Notes under the pieces: model-generated
What the model was told of the DNA's origin: nothing
Databases searched by the model: none
What the model saw: the letters and a program-made list of their open reading frames with translations, nothing else
Assembly: GCA_903901225.1 (NCBI GenBank)
Contig: CAIUQE010000035.1
Span: 9,249-73,248 of the forward strand
Source of the DNA: Candidatus Omnitrophota bacterium
GTDB lineage: Bacteria; Omnitrophota; Gorgyraeia; Zapsychrales; Fredricksoniimonadaceae
Length of the DNA stretch: 64,000 nt
Reading direction: 5' to 3'
Shown: positions 7,989 through 17,179 of the stretch, in pieces
Position numbering within the stretch: the stretch's first letter is position 1
Layout: every line of letters starts with the position of its first letter
Program-made: the position numbers and the translations under genes

Positions 7989-8756
7989 ATGAAGCGTTTT
8001 TTCTGCTGTATGTTGTTACTTGCCGCCGGGTTTTTTCCCGTCGTTTCGTCGGCTCAGGGCAACAGTTTGTCCGATATCCAGACCGCCATTATCCAGGAGG
8101 ATTACAAGAAAGCCGGTGACCTGGCCAAAGATCTTCTGAAGACGAAGCCTTCGGGCAATGAGCTGGCCCAGGCGCGTTATTACCTGGCGCTGAGCGACCT
8201 GCGCCAGGGCAATTATCCGCAGGCGTATGAGATGTTCCGCAAGGTCGTTGATTCCCGTCCGGCCGCGGATATTTTTGAGAAAGCGACTGTGGGCGTGATC
8301 GACGCGCTTTACATGCGGGGGGATTACGAGAGCGCGTTGAACGAAGCGACGCAGTTCATGAATAAGCACCGTAAGGCCGAGGACATGAGCCTGATCTACC
8401 TTAAAGCGGCCCGCTCGAACCTGAAACTGGCCCGCTGGAACAAGGCGAAGGAATTCCTGGAAAAGATCGTCGTGGAATATCCGAACAGTTTTGAATGCGG
8501 CGTGGCGCGACAGCTTCTGGAAGAAAAACAGTATTTCACGGTCCAGGTCGGGGCTTTTGTCGAGCAGGCCCGCGCCGAGCGGTTGGTGCAGGAGCTGATG
8601 CGTCAGAAAGAGTATGCCTATGTGGTCGAGACTAAGTCGCCCGACGGCAAGAATTATTATCGTGTGCGCGTCGGCCAGCTCGCGGCCCTGAAAGACGCCC
8701 AGGCGCTCGAGTCCAGGCTTTCCGGCTCCGGTTATCCGACGCGCATTTATCCGTGA
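7989..8756 (+). CDS. Periplasmic TPR protein with C-terminal SPOR peptidoglycan-binding domain
   Basis: Signal peptide, TPR-like repeats, SPOR motif YFTVQVGAF...YYRVRVG. Confidence 0.85.
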   Translation: MKRFFCCMLLLAAGFFPVVSSAQGNSLSDIQTAIIQEDYKKAGDLAKDLLKTKPSGNELAQARYYLALSDLRQGNYPQAYEMFRKVVDSRPAADIFEKATVGVIDALYMRGDYESALNEATQFMNKHRKAEDMSLIYLKAARSNLKLARWNKAKEFLEKIVVEYPNSFECGVARQLLEEKQYFTVQVGAFVEQARAERLVQELMRQKEYAYVVETKSPDGKNYYRVRVGQLAALKDAQALESRLSGSGYPTRIYP

Positions 8757-9667
8757 ACAAACCCCCCGTTATTTTTATCGCCGGCCCGACAGGTGTCGGG
8801 AAATCCGCGGTGGCCATGGCTTTCGCGGGACTCGCGACGCCAGAGGCTGTCGAGATCGTCGCGTGTGACGCCATCCAGGTCTACCGTGAGGTGGCGATCG
8901 CCAGCGACAAGCCTTCTTCCGAAATGCGCCGGCAGGTGCGGCATCATTTGCTGGATGTTGTTTCTGTTGTTGAGGAATTCAACGCGGCGCGATATCGCGC
9001 GCTGGCGGTCGCGGCGGTCGATGATATCCTTGCCCGCGGGAAACAACCCGTGATCGTCGGCGGCAGCGGGATGTACATGATGGCCTTGCTGGACGGTCTT
9101 TTTGAAGAAGGCGGGGCCTCGGAAAGCCTGCGCGTCGCGCTGGAAGGCAGGGAGCTTTCCGGCCTTTACGCGGAATTGCAACGCGTTGACCCCCAGGCGG
9201 CCGCAAAGATCTCATCGAATGACAAAAAACGCATCGTGCGCGCGCTGGAAGTTTTTCACGCGACGGGCGTGCCCATGTCCGTTCAGCAGAAGAAACGCGA
9301 AGGCCTGTGGGGCAAGCATGACATTCGTATCATCGGCCTCGAACGCCCACGCGCTGAACTATATCGTCGGGTGGAGGCGCGGGTTGACGCGATGTTCGAC
9401 GCCGGGCTCGTTGACGAGGTGAAAGGTTTATTGCGCAGGCCGCTTTCTTTGACGGCGGCGCGCATCATCGGCGTGCCCGAGATCAAGGGTGTTCTTAACG
9501 GTGAGTATGATCTGGAACGCGCGCGGTATCTGATCAAACTGCACACGCGCCATTACGTGAAACGCCAGATGACATGGTTCCGCAAGGACAAGCGCCTGCA
9601 GTGGCTGGTGCCGGGGCCGAATGAGACCGCCCCAGAAACAGCGCAACGCATAAAGGATATGATATGA
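8753..9667 (+). CDS. miaA: tRNA dimethylallyltransferase
   Basis: GPTGVGKS, DAIQVYR, HHLLD, VGGSGMY, RIVRALEV and KRQMTWFR motifs. Confidence 0.97.
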   Translation: MNKPPVIFIAGPTGVGKSAVAMAFAGLATPEAVEIVACDAIQVYREVAIASDKPSSEMRRQVRHHLLDVVSVVEEFNAARYRALAVAAVDDILARGKQPVIVGGSGMYMMALLDGLFEEGGASESLRVALEGRELSGLYAELQRVDPQAAAKISSNDKKRIVRALEVFHATGVPMSVQQKKREGLWGKHDIRIIGLERPRAELYRRVEARVDAMFDAGLVDEVKGLLRRPLSLTAARIIGVPEIKGVLNGEYDLERARYLIKLHTRHYVKRQMTWFRKDKRLQWLVPGPNETAPETAQRIKDMI

Positions 9668-10911
9668 AAGAAAAGATACTGCTGGCGATCGTGGATATGA
9701 AGCTTCGGAATGCCTGGCCGGTTGAAGAAGTTATCCATGAGATGACGGAACTTGTGAAGGCGTGCCAGGGCGAGGTGGTGGGGCATATTATTTGCCCGGC
9801 GCATCCTCCGACGGCCGCCACGCTCATTCACAGCGGCAAGGTCCTTGAGGTCGCTGAATTGGCCCGTGTCCAGGGCGCGCAGGGGGTTGTTTTCAGCGAG
9901 GAGCTTAAGGGTGTCCAGCAGCGTAATCTTGAAGAAGCGCTTGCCGTTAAGACGATCGACCGCACCCAGCTTATCCTCGATATTTTTGCCCGCCGCGCGG
10001 TATCGCTCGAAGGGAAACTGCAGGTCGAGTTGGCCCAGCTGGCGTACCGCCTGCCGCGGCTGGCCGGCCATTATGACGACCTTTCGCGTCAGGGCGGCGG
10101 CATCGGCACGAGCGGCCCCGGCGAGACCAAGCTTGAGGTGGACCGCCGGCGCATTGCAGTGCGCATCGACAAGCTCAAGAAAGACCTTTTGGATGTGACC
10201 CAGAGCCGCATGACCAAACGCAAGAAACGGGAGTTGCAGCACATCCCGCTCATTTCGCTCGTCGGTTATACCAACGCGGGAAAGTCCACCCTTCTTAACA
10301 CGCTGACCGGCGCCCATCAGGCAACCAAAGACGGGCTGTTCACGACGCTTGATTCGCTCGCGCGCCAGCATGTCCTGCCTGATCGGCAGAAAGTTGTTTT
10401 TTCGGACACGGTCGGGTTCATGCGCGAGCTGCCGCACAACTTGATCGAGGCGTTCAAGGCTACGCTTGAGGAAGTGCAGAGCGCGGACATCCTCCTGCAC
10501 GTGGTGGATGTCAGCAATCCGCGTTACCGCCATTTGAAAGAGAGCGTCGACCAGGTGCTTGACGCGCTGGGGGCGCTGAACAAGCCGACGATCCTGGTCT
10601 TCAACAAGATCGACCGGGTCGAGGACAAGGAAGAGCTTGAAACGGCCTGCGGAAGATACGGCAATACCATCGCGGTTTCGGCGCTGGAAAAACAGAACAT
10701 CGACGGGCTCCTGCGCCTGATCGAAAAAGAACTGGGCGGGCGTGTCGTGGCGGTGGATGTGGCGATCCCCGTCAACCGCATGGATCTGGTGAACATGGTC
10801 CACAAGCAGGGCCAGGTCGAAGCCATTGAATACTCGGGGGAGAGCATCCGCGTGAAGGCCGTCGTGCCCCAGCAGCTCGCCGGGCTTCTTGAGAAAGCCG
10901 CTGCGTCCTAG
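9664..10911 (+). CDS. hflX: Ribosome-splitting GTPase HflX
   Basis: LILDIFA, EGKLQVELAQL, GPGETKLEVDRR, GYTNAGKST, DTVGF, NKID. Confidence 0.97.
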   Translation: MKEKILLAIVDMKLRNAWPVEEVIHEMTELVKACQGEVVGHIICPAHPPTAATLIHSGKVLEVAELARVQGAQGVVFSEELKGVQQRNLEEALAVKTIDRTQLILDIFARRAVSLEGKLQVELAQLAYRLPRLAGHYDDLSRQGGGIGTSGPGETKLEVDRRRIAVRIDKLKKDLLDVTQSRMTKRKKRELQHIPLISLVGYTNAGKSTLLNTLTGAHQATKDGLFTTLDSLARQHVLPDRQKVVFSDTVGFMRELPHNLIEAFKATLEEVQSADILLHVVDVSNPRYRHLKESVDQVLDALGALNKPTILVFNKIDRVEDKEELETACGRYGNTIAVSALEKQNIDGLLRLIEKELGGRVVAVDVAIPVNRMDLVNMVHKQGQVEAIEYSGESIRVKAVVPQQLAGLLEKAAAS

Positions 10912-10924
10912 AACTCCGTTGAAC

Positions 10925-11013
10925 GTAGGGGCCGACCTTGTGTCGGCCCGAAACATTTGCCGGATATCATAAGGATGCATTCTCCGACGGGAGGACACAA
11001 GGTCCTCCCCCAC
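10925..11013. repeat. Intergenic inverted doublet of GTAG-type REP-like palindromes
   Basis: GTAGGGGCCGACCTTGTGTCGGCCCG (10925-10950) is the exact reverse complement of 17831-17856; 10988-11013 is the reverse complement of 3643-3668 with one mismatch; lies just after the hflX stop. Confidence 0.88.
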
Positions 11014-11045
11014 GCACCATTTAAACATTCACAGAAAATTTTTTC

Positions 11046-11074
11046 TTGACAAAATCCAAGGTGAGTTGTATATT
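11046..11074 (+). promoter_or_regulatory. sigma70 promoter
   Basis: TTGACA-17 bp-TATATT, immediately followed by a CIRCE. Confidence 0.75.
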
Positions 11075-11101
11075 TTAGCAGTAACCCATTGAGAGTGCCA
11101 G
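11075..11101 (+). promoter_or_regulatory. CIRCE element (HrcA operator) 1
   Basis: TTAGCAGTA-N9-GAGTGCCAG versus consensus TTAGCACTC-N9-GAGTGCTAA. Confidence 0.7.
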
Positions 11102-11129
11102 AATCAGTGGGTTTTTTCCGGCAAAGATT

Positions 11130-11156
11130 TTGGCACTCAATATCCAAGAGTGATAG
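11130..11156 (+). promoter_or_regulatory. CIRCE element (HrcA operator) 2
   Basis: TTGGCACTC-N9-GAGTGATAG. Confidence 0.78.
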
Positions 11157-11226
11157 AAACACTTGAACCAGAATTTTGTTGTTTGATAATTGCAACACCT
11201 GACGCGTCTGGTAGAATGAAGGGGCC

Positions 11227-12237
11227 ATGTTCAAACGCTTCCTCTTTTTTGCTATCGTTTGCGTTATCAGCGTTGCCAGCGCCTGGGCCCAGGACAAGGT
11301 CAAGGATGGTTTTTACAACGAGTACGATGCCAAAGGCGTTCTGGTCCGGGCCGTGGAATACCAGTTGGGCGTGCCTCACGGGCGTTTCCGCGCGTATTAT
11401 CCCGACGGGCGCATCAAGGCCACGGGCCATTATCTCAACGGCCAGCTTGACGGGGAGCTTGAGGAATATCGTCCGGACGGAAAACCCCTGACGCGGGCTG
11501 TTTACCGGCAGGATCGTTTGCACGGGGTGAAGGTGTCGTATTATCCCGACGGTGTGATCAAAAGCGAGGAAACGTTCATTGAGGGCGCGAAGGACGGGGT
11601 GAGCAAGGAGTATGACCGGCTCGGGCGGCTCGTCTGGGCGCGTTCTTTCCGGCATGCCCAGGAGGATGGTGTTTCAAAACAATACTATCCCAGCGCGCGG
11701 GTTTATCGTGAGTATGAGTATAAGAACAATGTTCAGCACTGGTATATCCGTGAGTACGCCGAGGACGGGAAGCTCACAGGCGTGTATCAGGCGGATAACG
11801 GGCTGCGTGAAGGGTCGGGCAAGGAATATTTTACCACGGGCGAGATAAAGCTCGACGGGTTCTTTGAGAAGGATCAGCTGAACGGCCTTGTGAAGATCTA
11901 TGACAAGAACGGCCATCTTCATATCCGGGCGAATTATACGGCGGGCCATATTGATGATGCCGCCTGGCGCGAATATTACGAGACGGGTGAATTGCGCTGG
12001 GTCGTGCCGGTGCGCCAGGACCTGAAAGAAGGCCTGGGCCGCGAGTATTTTGAGAACGGCGTTCTCAAGAGTGAGGGCAGCTTCGCCCATGACAAGCGTG
12101 AGGGCGTTTTCAAAATATTTGATACGGAGGGCATCCTTGTCGCGGAAGATAAATACAAGGCGGACTGGCTCCTGCGGCATACGGAATTCTATCCGTCGGG
12201 AAAGGTAAAGACGGACAAGTATTTTTTTGATCAATGA
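11227..12237 (+). CDS. Exported MORN-variant repeat protein (YwqK-like)
   Basis: Signal peptide (AWA-Q) then many ~24-aa G-xxx-xYYxxG repeats. Confidence 0.85.
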   Translation: MFKRFLFFAIVCVISVASAWAQDKVKDGFYNEYDAKGVLVRAVEYQLGVPHGRFRAYYPDGRIKATGHYLNGQLDGELEEYRPDGKPLTRAVYRQDRLHGVKVSYYPDGVIKSEETFIEGAKDGVSKEYDRLGRLVWARSFRHAQEDGVSKQYYPSARVYREYEYKNNVQHWYIREYAEDGKLTGVYQADNGLREGSGKEYFTTGEIKLDGFFEKDQLNGLVKIYDKNGHLHIRANYTAGHIDDAAWREYYETGELRWVVPVRQDLKEGLGREYFENGVLKSEGSFAHDKREGVFKIFDTEGILVAEDKYKADWLLRHTEFYPSGKVKTDKYFFDQ

Positions 12238-12243
12238 CCGGTA

Positions 12244-12305
12244 TTGACAGGGATGGGTCTTTTTTTTATACTGTGCGCCTGGCAATAAGACCGCTTGATT
12301 GCTAA
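12244..12305 (+). promoter_or_regulatory. sigma70 promoter plus degenerate CIRCE upstream of hrcA
   Basis: TTGACA 12244-12249, 17 bp, TATACT 12267-12272; CTGGCAATA-N9-GATTGCTAA 12279-12305. Confidence 0.75.
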
Positions 12306-12341
12306 TTTGCGGGCCGGGATAAACATTCAAAGGACGCGTAT

Positions 12342-13070
12342 ATGCGCAAAAGTTCGCACGAGAGGAAAGACGTTGTTCTGGGCATGGTGGTTCGCCATTA
12401 TATCCAGACCACGGTCCCCGTCAGCTCCGCCTATATCGCCGAGGAGTATGAGAAGGACATCAGTTCGGCCACGATCCGCAATATCCTCGCCGAGCTTGAG
12501 GGTGACGGCTATCTCATGCACCCGCATACGTCGGCCGGCCGCGTCCCGACTGAACGAGGTTATAGATATTACGTGGATTTCCTGATGCAGGAGATCCAGC
12601 TTATTGAAGAAGACCGCCGCCGCGTCCACAAGGAATACGAGCGCGGCATCGAAGAGTTGGAAGCGCTGGTTGAAACAACGACCGAGGTCCTTGCGGATCT
12701 GACGCATTGCACGAGCATCGTGAGCGTGGACGGCTGGACGCACCATTATGTTTGTCGCGGCACGAATTATCTTGCCGAGGCGATCGGGATGCAGGGCCTG
12801 CAGAAGGTCGTGGCCATCCTCAAGGCCCTGGAAGAAAAAGACCGGGTGCTGGCGGTGTTGCGGCGCGACCTGGACAGGCGGATCAAGATCTATATCGGGC
12901 AGGAAACGGATTGCGATGCTTTTGACGGTTGTGCCATGGCGGTGGCGCGTTTTGCGACACGCCGAGGCCCGGCGGGACGCATCGCGGTGCTTGGGCCCGT
13001 GCGGATGGATTATCCCCGGGTCGTTTCCACCCTGGAATATGTTTCTGAATTGATGCATGAGGCCATGTGA
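12342..13070 (+). CDS. hrcA: Heat-inducible transcription repressor HrcA (short form)
   Basis: SSATIRN, HTSAGRVPT, GYRYYVD, LGPVRMDY; heads the grpE-dnaK-dnaJ operon. Confidence 0.95.
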   Translation: MRKSSHERKDVVLGMVVRHYIQTTVPVSSAYIAEEYEKDISSATIRNILAELEGDGYLMHPHTSAGRVPTERGYRYYVDFLMQEIQLIEEDRRRVHKEYERGIEELEALVETTTEVLADLTHCTSIVSVDGWTHHYVCRGTNYLAEAIGMQGLQKVVAILKALEEKDRVLAVLRRDLDRRIKIYIGQETDCDAFDGCAMAVARFATRRGPAGRIAVLGPVRMDYPRVVSTLEYVSELMHEAM

Positions 13071-13588
13071 AAGATATGACACCGGAGAACGAACAGGATA
13101 TGGATGATATTCCCGCTGAACCGCAGGTCGCGGACGCGGCGGAGACGTTGAGGAAGGATCTTGACGAGGCGAAAGACAGGTACATCCGCCTTTTCGCCGA
13201 GTTCGAGAACATGCGCAAGCGCCATGACCGGGAGCGCTCCCAGATCATCAAGTACGCGCATGAGGAAGTGATCATCGAGATGCTCGGGTTTTATGAGGAT
13301 TTCGAACGCGTGATCGTGGCGGCCAAGGCCAATCCGTCAAACGCGTCGGAACTCGTCAAGGGCATTGAGATGATCTACGGGCGGATGCAGCAGCTTCTGA
13401 AAAAGTACGATGTGCGCGAGATCGAGGCTGTGGGCAAAAAATTCGACCATAATTGCCATGAGGCGCTGATGGTCGAAGAATCCGCGGAACATGAGGATGG
13501 CACAGTGCTCGAGGTTTTTCAAAAAGGGTTTATGCTGGGCGACAGGGTGGTGCGCACGGCCAAGGTTAAAGTTTCCAAGAAGAACTAG
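13067..13588 (+). CDS. grpE: Nucleotide exchange factor GrpE
   Basis: RLFAEFENMRKR, FDHNCHEA, QKGF...RVVRTAKVKV. Confidence 0.96.
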   Translation: MKDMTPENEQDMDDIPAEPQVADAAETLRKDLDEAKDRYIRLFAEFENMRKRHDRERSQIIKYAHEEVIIEMLGFYEDFERVIVAAKANPSNASELVKGIEMIYGRMQQLLKKYDVREIEAVGKKFDHNCHEALMVEESAEHEDGTVLEVFQKGFMLGDRVVRTAKVKVSKKN

Positions 13589-13600
13589 GAGGTAGCGAGT

Positions 13601-15523
13601 ATGAGTAGAGTTATTGGTATCGATCTGGGAACATCGAATTCAGCGGCCGCGGTCCTTGAAGGGGGCCGTCCGGTCATCATCCCCTCGGCCGAGGGCGCCG
13701 GGGTCGCGTCGGGCAAGGCTTTCCCGTCGTTCGTGGCGTTCACCAAGGACGGGCAGAGGCTCGTGGGTGAGCCCGCGCGCCGTCAGGCGGCCATGAACTC
13801 CGAAGGGACCGTCTACGCGGCCAAACGCAAGATGGGGACGGACCACAAGTTCAGCGTGTTCGGCAAGGACTTCACGCCCCAGCAGATCTCGGCGTTCATC
13901 CTGCAGAAGATCAAGGCCGACGCGGAAAAGTATCTGGGCGACACGGTCGAAGGCGCGGTCATCACGGTGCCGGCGTATTTCAACGACAACCAGCGCCAGG
14001 CCACCAAGGACGCGGGAGAGATCGCGGGCATGAAAGTCCTGCGCATCATCAATGAGCCCACGGCCGCGTGCCTCGCCTACGGCGTTGACAAGGCGGGCAA
14101 GGAACAGAAGATCATGGTGTTCGACCTCGGCGGCGGGACGCTCGACGTGACCATCCTTGAGATGGGCGAAGGCGGGACCTTTGAGGTTCTTTCCACCAGC
14201 GGCGACAACCTGCTTGGCGGGACGGACATGGATAATGTGATCATCGATCATATCGTTCAGACGTTCAAGAAAGAAACAGGCATTGACCTGATGAAGGACA
14301 AGATGGCGTTCCAGCGCTTGCGCGAGGCGGCGGAGAAAGCAAAAGTGGAACTGTCATCGACGATCCAGACCGACATCAACCTGCCGTTCATCTCGGCGGA
14401 CGCTTCAGGCCCGAAGCACTTGACCATGTCGCTTGACCGGGCGAAGCTGGAAAGCCTTGTCGGCCCCATTGTCGAACGTTGCCGCGGTCCGATCCGTCAG
14501 GCGATGAAGGACGCGGGCGCCAAGATCGGCGGCGAGGTCAAGATCGACAAGATCATCATGGTCGGCGGCCCCACGCGCATGCCCATCGTGCAGAACTTTG
14601 TCGAGAAAGAGGCCGGCCAGAAGATCGAACGCGGCATTGACCCCATGGAATGCGTGGCGCTCGGCGCCGCGGTGCAGGGCGGCATCATCAAGGGGGATGT
14701 GAAGGACGTCCTTCTTCTGGACGTGACGCCGTTGTCGCTGGGCATCGAGACCATGGGCGAGGTTTTCACCAAGATCATTGAGCGCAACACGACCATCCCG
14801 ACCAAGAAGAGCCAGGTCTTTTCGACCGCGGCCGATAATCAACCGGCGGTGACCATTCGCGTGCTGCAGGGCGAGCGCAAGATGGCCAGTGATAATACCG
14901 AGCTGGGGAAGTTCGACCTCGTGGGCATCCCGCCCGCGCCGCGCGGCGTTCCGCAGATCGAGGTGACCTTTGACATCGACGTGAACGGCATCGTGCATGT
15001 CCACGCCAAAGACAAGGCCACGGGCAAGGAACAGTCCATCCAGATCACGTCGCCGAAGAAACTTTCGGAGAACGAGATCGACCAGATGGTCAAGGACGCG
15101 GAAAAGTACGCGGCTGAGGACGAGAAGCGCAAGGAAGAGGCGGAATTGCTCAACCAGGCGAACACCCTGACCTATTCGACGGAAAAAGCGCTCAGTGATT
15201 ACGGCGATAAAGTCCCGCAGGCCGAACGCGATACCATCCTCAAGGAACTTGAGGGCCTCAAGCAGGCGGTCAAGGACAAGGCGGCTGATCGTATCAAGTC
15301 GTCCATGGAGTCGTTGACCAAGTCCAGCCACAAGCTCGCCGAGGAGATGTACAAGGCGACCCAGGCGCAGCAGGGCGGCGCCCAGGGGCAAAGTGGCGCG
15401 GGAGCGCAGGAGAACGCGGGCCCGGGGCCGGAAGGTTCCCAGGAGCAGCCCGGTCCGGACAAGAAGTCCGGCGGTAAGGAAGACGTGATCGACGCGGATT
15501 TCAAGGTCCAGGACGATAAATGA
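13601..15523 (+). CDS. dnaK: Chaperone DnaK (Hsp70)
   Basis: [36 protein letters not shown]. Confidence 0.99.
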   Translation: MSRVIGIDLGTSNSAAAVLEGGRPVIIPSAEGAGVASGKAFPSFVAFTKDGQRLVGEPARRQAAMNSEGTVYAAKRKMGTDHKFSVFGKDFTPQQISAFILQKIKADAEKYLGDTVEGAVITVPAYFNDNQRQATKDAGEIAGMKVLRIINEPTAACLAYGVDKAGKEQKIMVFDLGGGTLDVTILEMGEGGTFEVLSTSGDNLLGGTDMDNVIIDHIVQTFKKETGIDLMKDKMAFQRLREAAEKAKVELSSTIQTDINLPFISADASGPKHLTMSLDRAKLESLVGPIVERCRGPIRQAMKDAGAKIGGEVKIDKIIMVGGPTRMPIVQNFVEKEAGQKIERGIDPMECVALGAAVQGGIIKGDVKDVLLLDVTPLSLGIETMGEVFTKIIERNTTIPTKKSQVFSTAADNQPAVTIRVLQGERKMASDNTELGKFDLVGIPPAPRGVPQIEVTFDIDVNGIVHVHAKDKATGKEQSIQITSPKKLSENEIDQMVKDAEKYAAEDEKRKEEAELLNQANTLTYSTEKALSDYGDKVPQAERDTILKELEGLKQAVKDKAADRIKSSMESLTKSSHKLAEEMYKATQAQQGGAQGQSGAGAQENAGPGPEGSQEQPGPDKKSGGKEDVIDADFKVQDDK

Positions 15524-16662
15524 AAAAGGACTATTACGAGATCCTCGGCATAAAGAAAGATTCGGACGCGGCGGAGGTGAAGAAAGCGTATCGCCAATTG
15601 GCGATGCGCTTTCACCCCGACCGTGTTGAGGAGAAGGAAAAGAAGTCCGCCGAGGAGAAGTTCAAGGAGATCTCCGAGGCTTACGGGGTGCTTTCCGACC
15701 CGCAGAAACGCGCGACGTATGACCAGCACGGCCATTCCGGGATTGACCAGAACTACACGTCGGACGATATTTTCCGCGGTGCTGATTTCTCGAGCGTCTT
15801 TGGTGATGGCGGCGGTATGGAAGATATCCTCAGCCATTTCTTCGGCGGGGCGTTTGGCGGCGGTGGCGGCGGCAGCCGGCGTTCGCGCGGGGCGGCGCGG
15901 GGCCGTGATATCCAGTATGAAGTGGAATTGAGCCTTGAAGAAGCGTTCAGCGGCATGAAAAAGACCATCAAGGTGCCGCGCAACGAAGTGTGCGGTGATT
16001 GCCGGGGTTCGGGCGCCAAAGGCGGCACGGCCATGGCGGAGTGCGCGACGTGCGCCGGGCGCGGGCAGGTCATGGTCAACAGCGGTTATTTCCGCCTGGC
16101 CCAGACATGTCCGAATTGTCGCGGCGCGGGGCGCATCATCAAGGAAACCTGCCCCTCATGTCGGGGCGTGGGATATAACCGGATGACGCGCAACATCGAC
16201 GTCAGTTTTCCGGCGGGTTTGGACAATGATTCCCAGATGCGGGTGCGGGGCGAGGGCGAAGTGGGCCAGGGCGGCCCGGGCGACCTTTACCTTTATATCC
16301 GCGTGCGCGAACACGCGCGGTTCCGCCGGGTCCGCAATGACCTGGAGATGAACCTCGCGGTCAGTTTTGTGAAAGCGACGCTCGGCGGTGAGGTCAGCGT
16401 GCCGACGCTGAGCGGGCATGTGACGATGAAGTTGCCGGCGGGGACGGAATGCGGCAAGATGTTCCGGATCAAGGGCAAGGGCATGCCGGATGTGCACTCC
16501 CAGGGGTCGTTTGGCGATCTTTACGCGAAAGTGGTGATCGATGTTCCCGCGAGGCTGGACGCCGAACAGCGCCGGTTGCTTGAGGAATTTGCCAAAGCCA
16601 GCGGCGAAACCGTGGATGGCGCCGGTTCTTTTAAAGACAAAATAAAGAAAGTATTCAAATAA
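15520..16662 (+). CDS. dnaJ: Chaperone DnaJ
   Basis: J domain with HPD, G/F-rich region, four CxxCxGxG repeats. Confidence 0.98.
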   Translation: MKKDYYEILGIKKDSDAAEVKKAYRQLAMRFHPDRVEEKEKKSAEEKFKEISEAYGVLSDPQKRATYDQHGHSGIDQNYTSDDIFRGADFSSVFGDGGGMEDILSHFFGGAFGGGGGGSRRSRGAARGRDIQYEVELSLEEAFSGMKKTIKVPRNEVCGDCRGSGAKGGTAMAECATCAGRGQVMVNSGYFRLAQTCPNCRGAGRIIKETCPSCRGVGYNRMTRNIDVSFPAGLDNDSQMRVRGEGEVGQGGPGDLYLYIRVREHARFRRVRNDLEMNLAVSFVKATLGGEVSVPTLSGHVTMKLPAGTECGKMFRIKGKGMPDVHSQGSFGDLYAKVVIDVPARLDAEQRRLLEEFAKASGETVDGAGSFKDKIKKVFK

Positions 16663-16663
16663 T

Positions 16664-16939
16664 ATGCCTACGTACGATTATGAATGCTCGGCCTGCGGCC
16701 ACGCGTTCGAAGCGCTGCAGACCATGAATGAGCCGAAACTGGAAAAGTGCCCCGCGTGCGGCAAGAAGAAGCTGCACCGGCTCATCGGCACCGGCAGCGG
16801 GGTCATTTTCAAAGGTTCCGGTTTTTATGAGACCGATTACAAGAAGAAGACACCTTCAGCTTCCGAATCCTCCAAACCCGCGAGCCAGCCTTCCTGCGCC
16901 GCTGCTTGTCCTCACGCGGGCAAGTGCGCCTCCCAATGA
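16664..16939 (+). CDS. FmdB-family zinc-ribbon protein
   Basis: MPTYDYECSACGH...CPACG...FKGSGFYETDY. Confidence 0.9.
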   Translation: MPTYDYECSACGHAFEALQTMNEPKLEKCPACGKKKLHRLIGTGSGVIFKGSGFYETDYKKKTPSASESSKPASQPSCAAACPHAGKCASQ

Positions 16940-17000
16940 TGGTTGGTCTGTAACCATCGATCTATTAAACAGATTCATTTTCATGGTTGTTTAGTGCGCC

Positions 17001-17051
17001 TGTGGGGACATGTGCCAAAGCTGTCCTTCAGATTTGGTATGTGTCCCCACA
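17001..17051 (+). repeat. 19-bp-stem inverted repeat between the dnaK operon and modular protein 2
   Basis: TGTGGGGACATGTGCCAAA / TTTGGTATGTGTCCCCACA with a 13-nt loop; the three DNA mismatches are all G:U pairs on the + strand. Confidence 0.75.
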
Positions 17052-17179
17052 ACTCACAACTGGATTTTTTTGTGCCACAAACTTGCATTTTGCTACATTA
17101 TGTGCTATTTTTCTGCTTAAACCACCTATTGACAGATCGACTTTGTTCATAAACCCTTAAATTTTTGAGGATTAATGCC

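Noticed and set aside
9553-11028. 491-aa minus-strand ORF sharing VGEDLVSSR and RADTRSAPT with the modular proteins
   Set aside because: Antisense shadow of hflX; the shared peptides are simply the translation of the intergenic REP doublet.
11227-12237. YwqK-like gene as the antitoxin of a TA or polymorphic toxin pair
   Set aside because: No adjacent toxin; the repeat family is widespread and this copy has a signal peptide.
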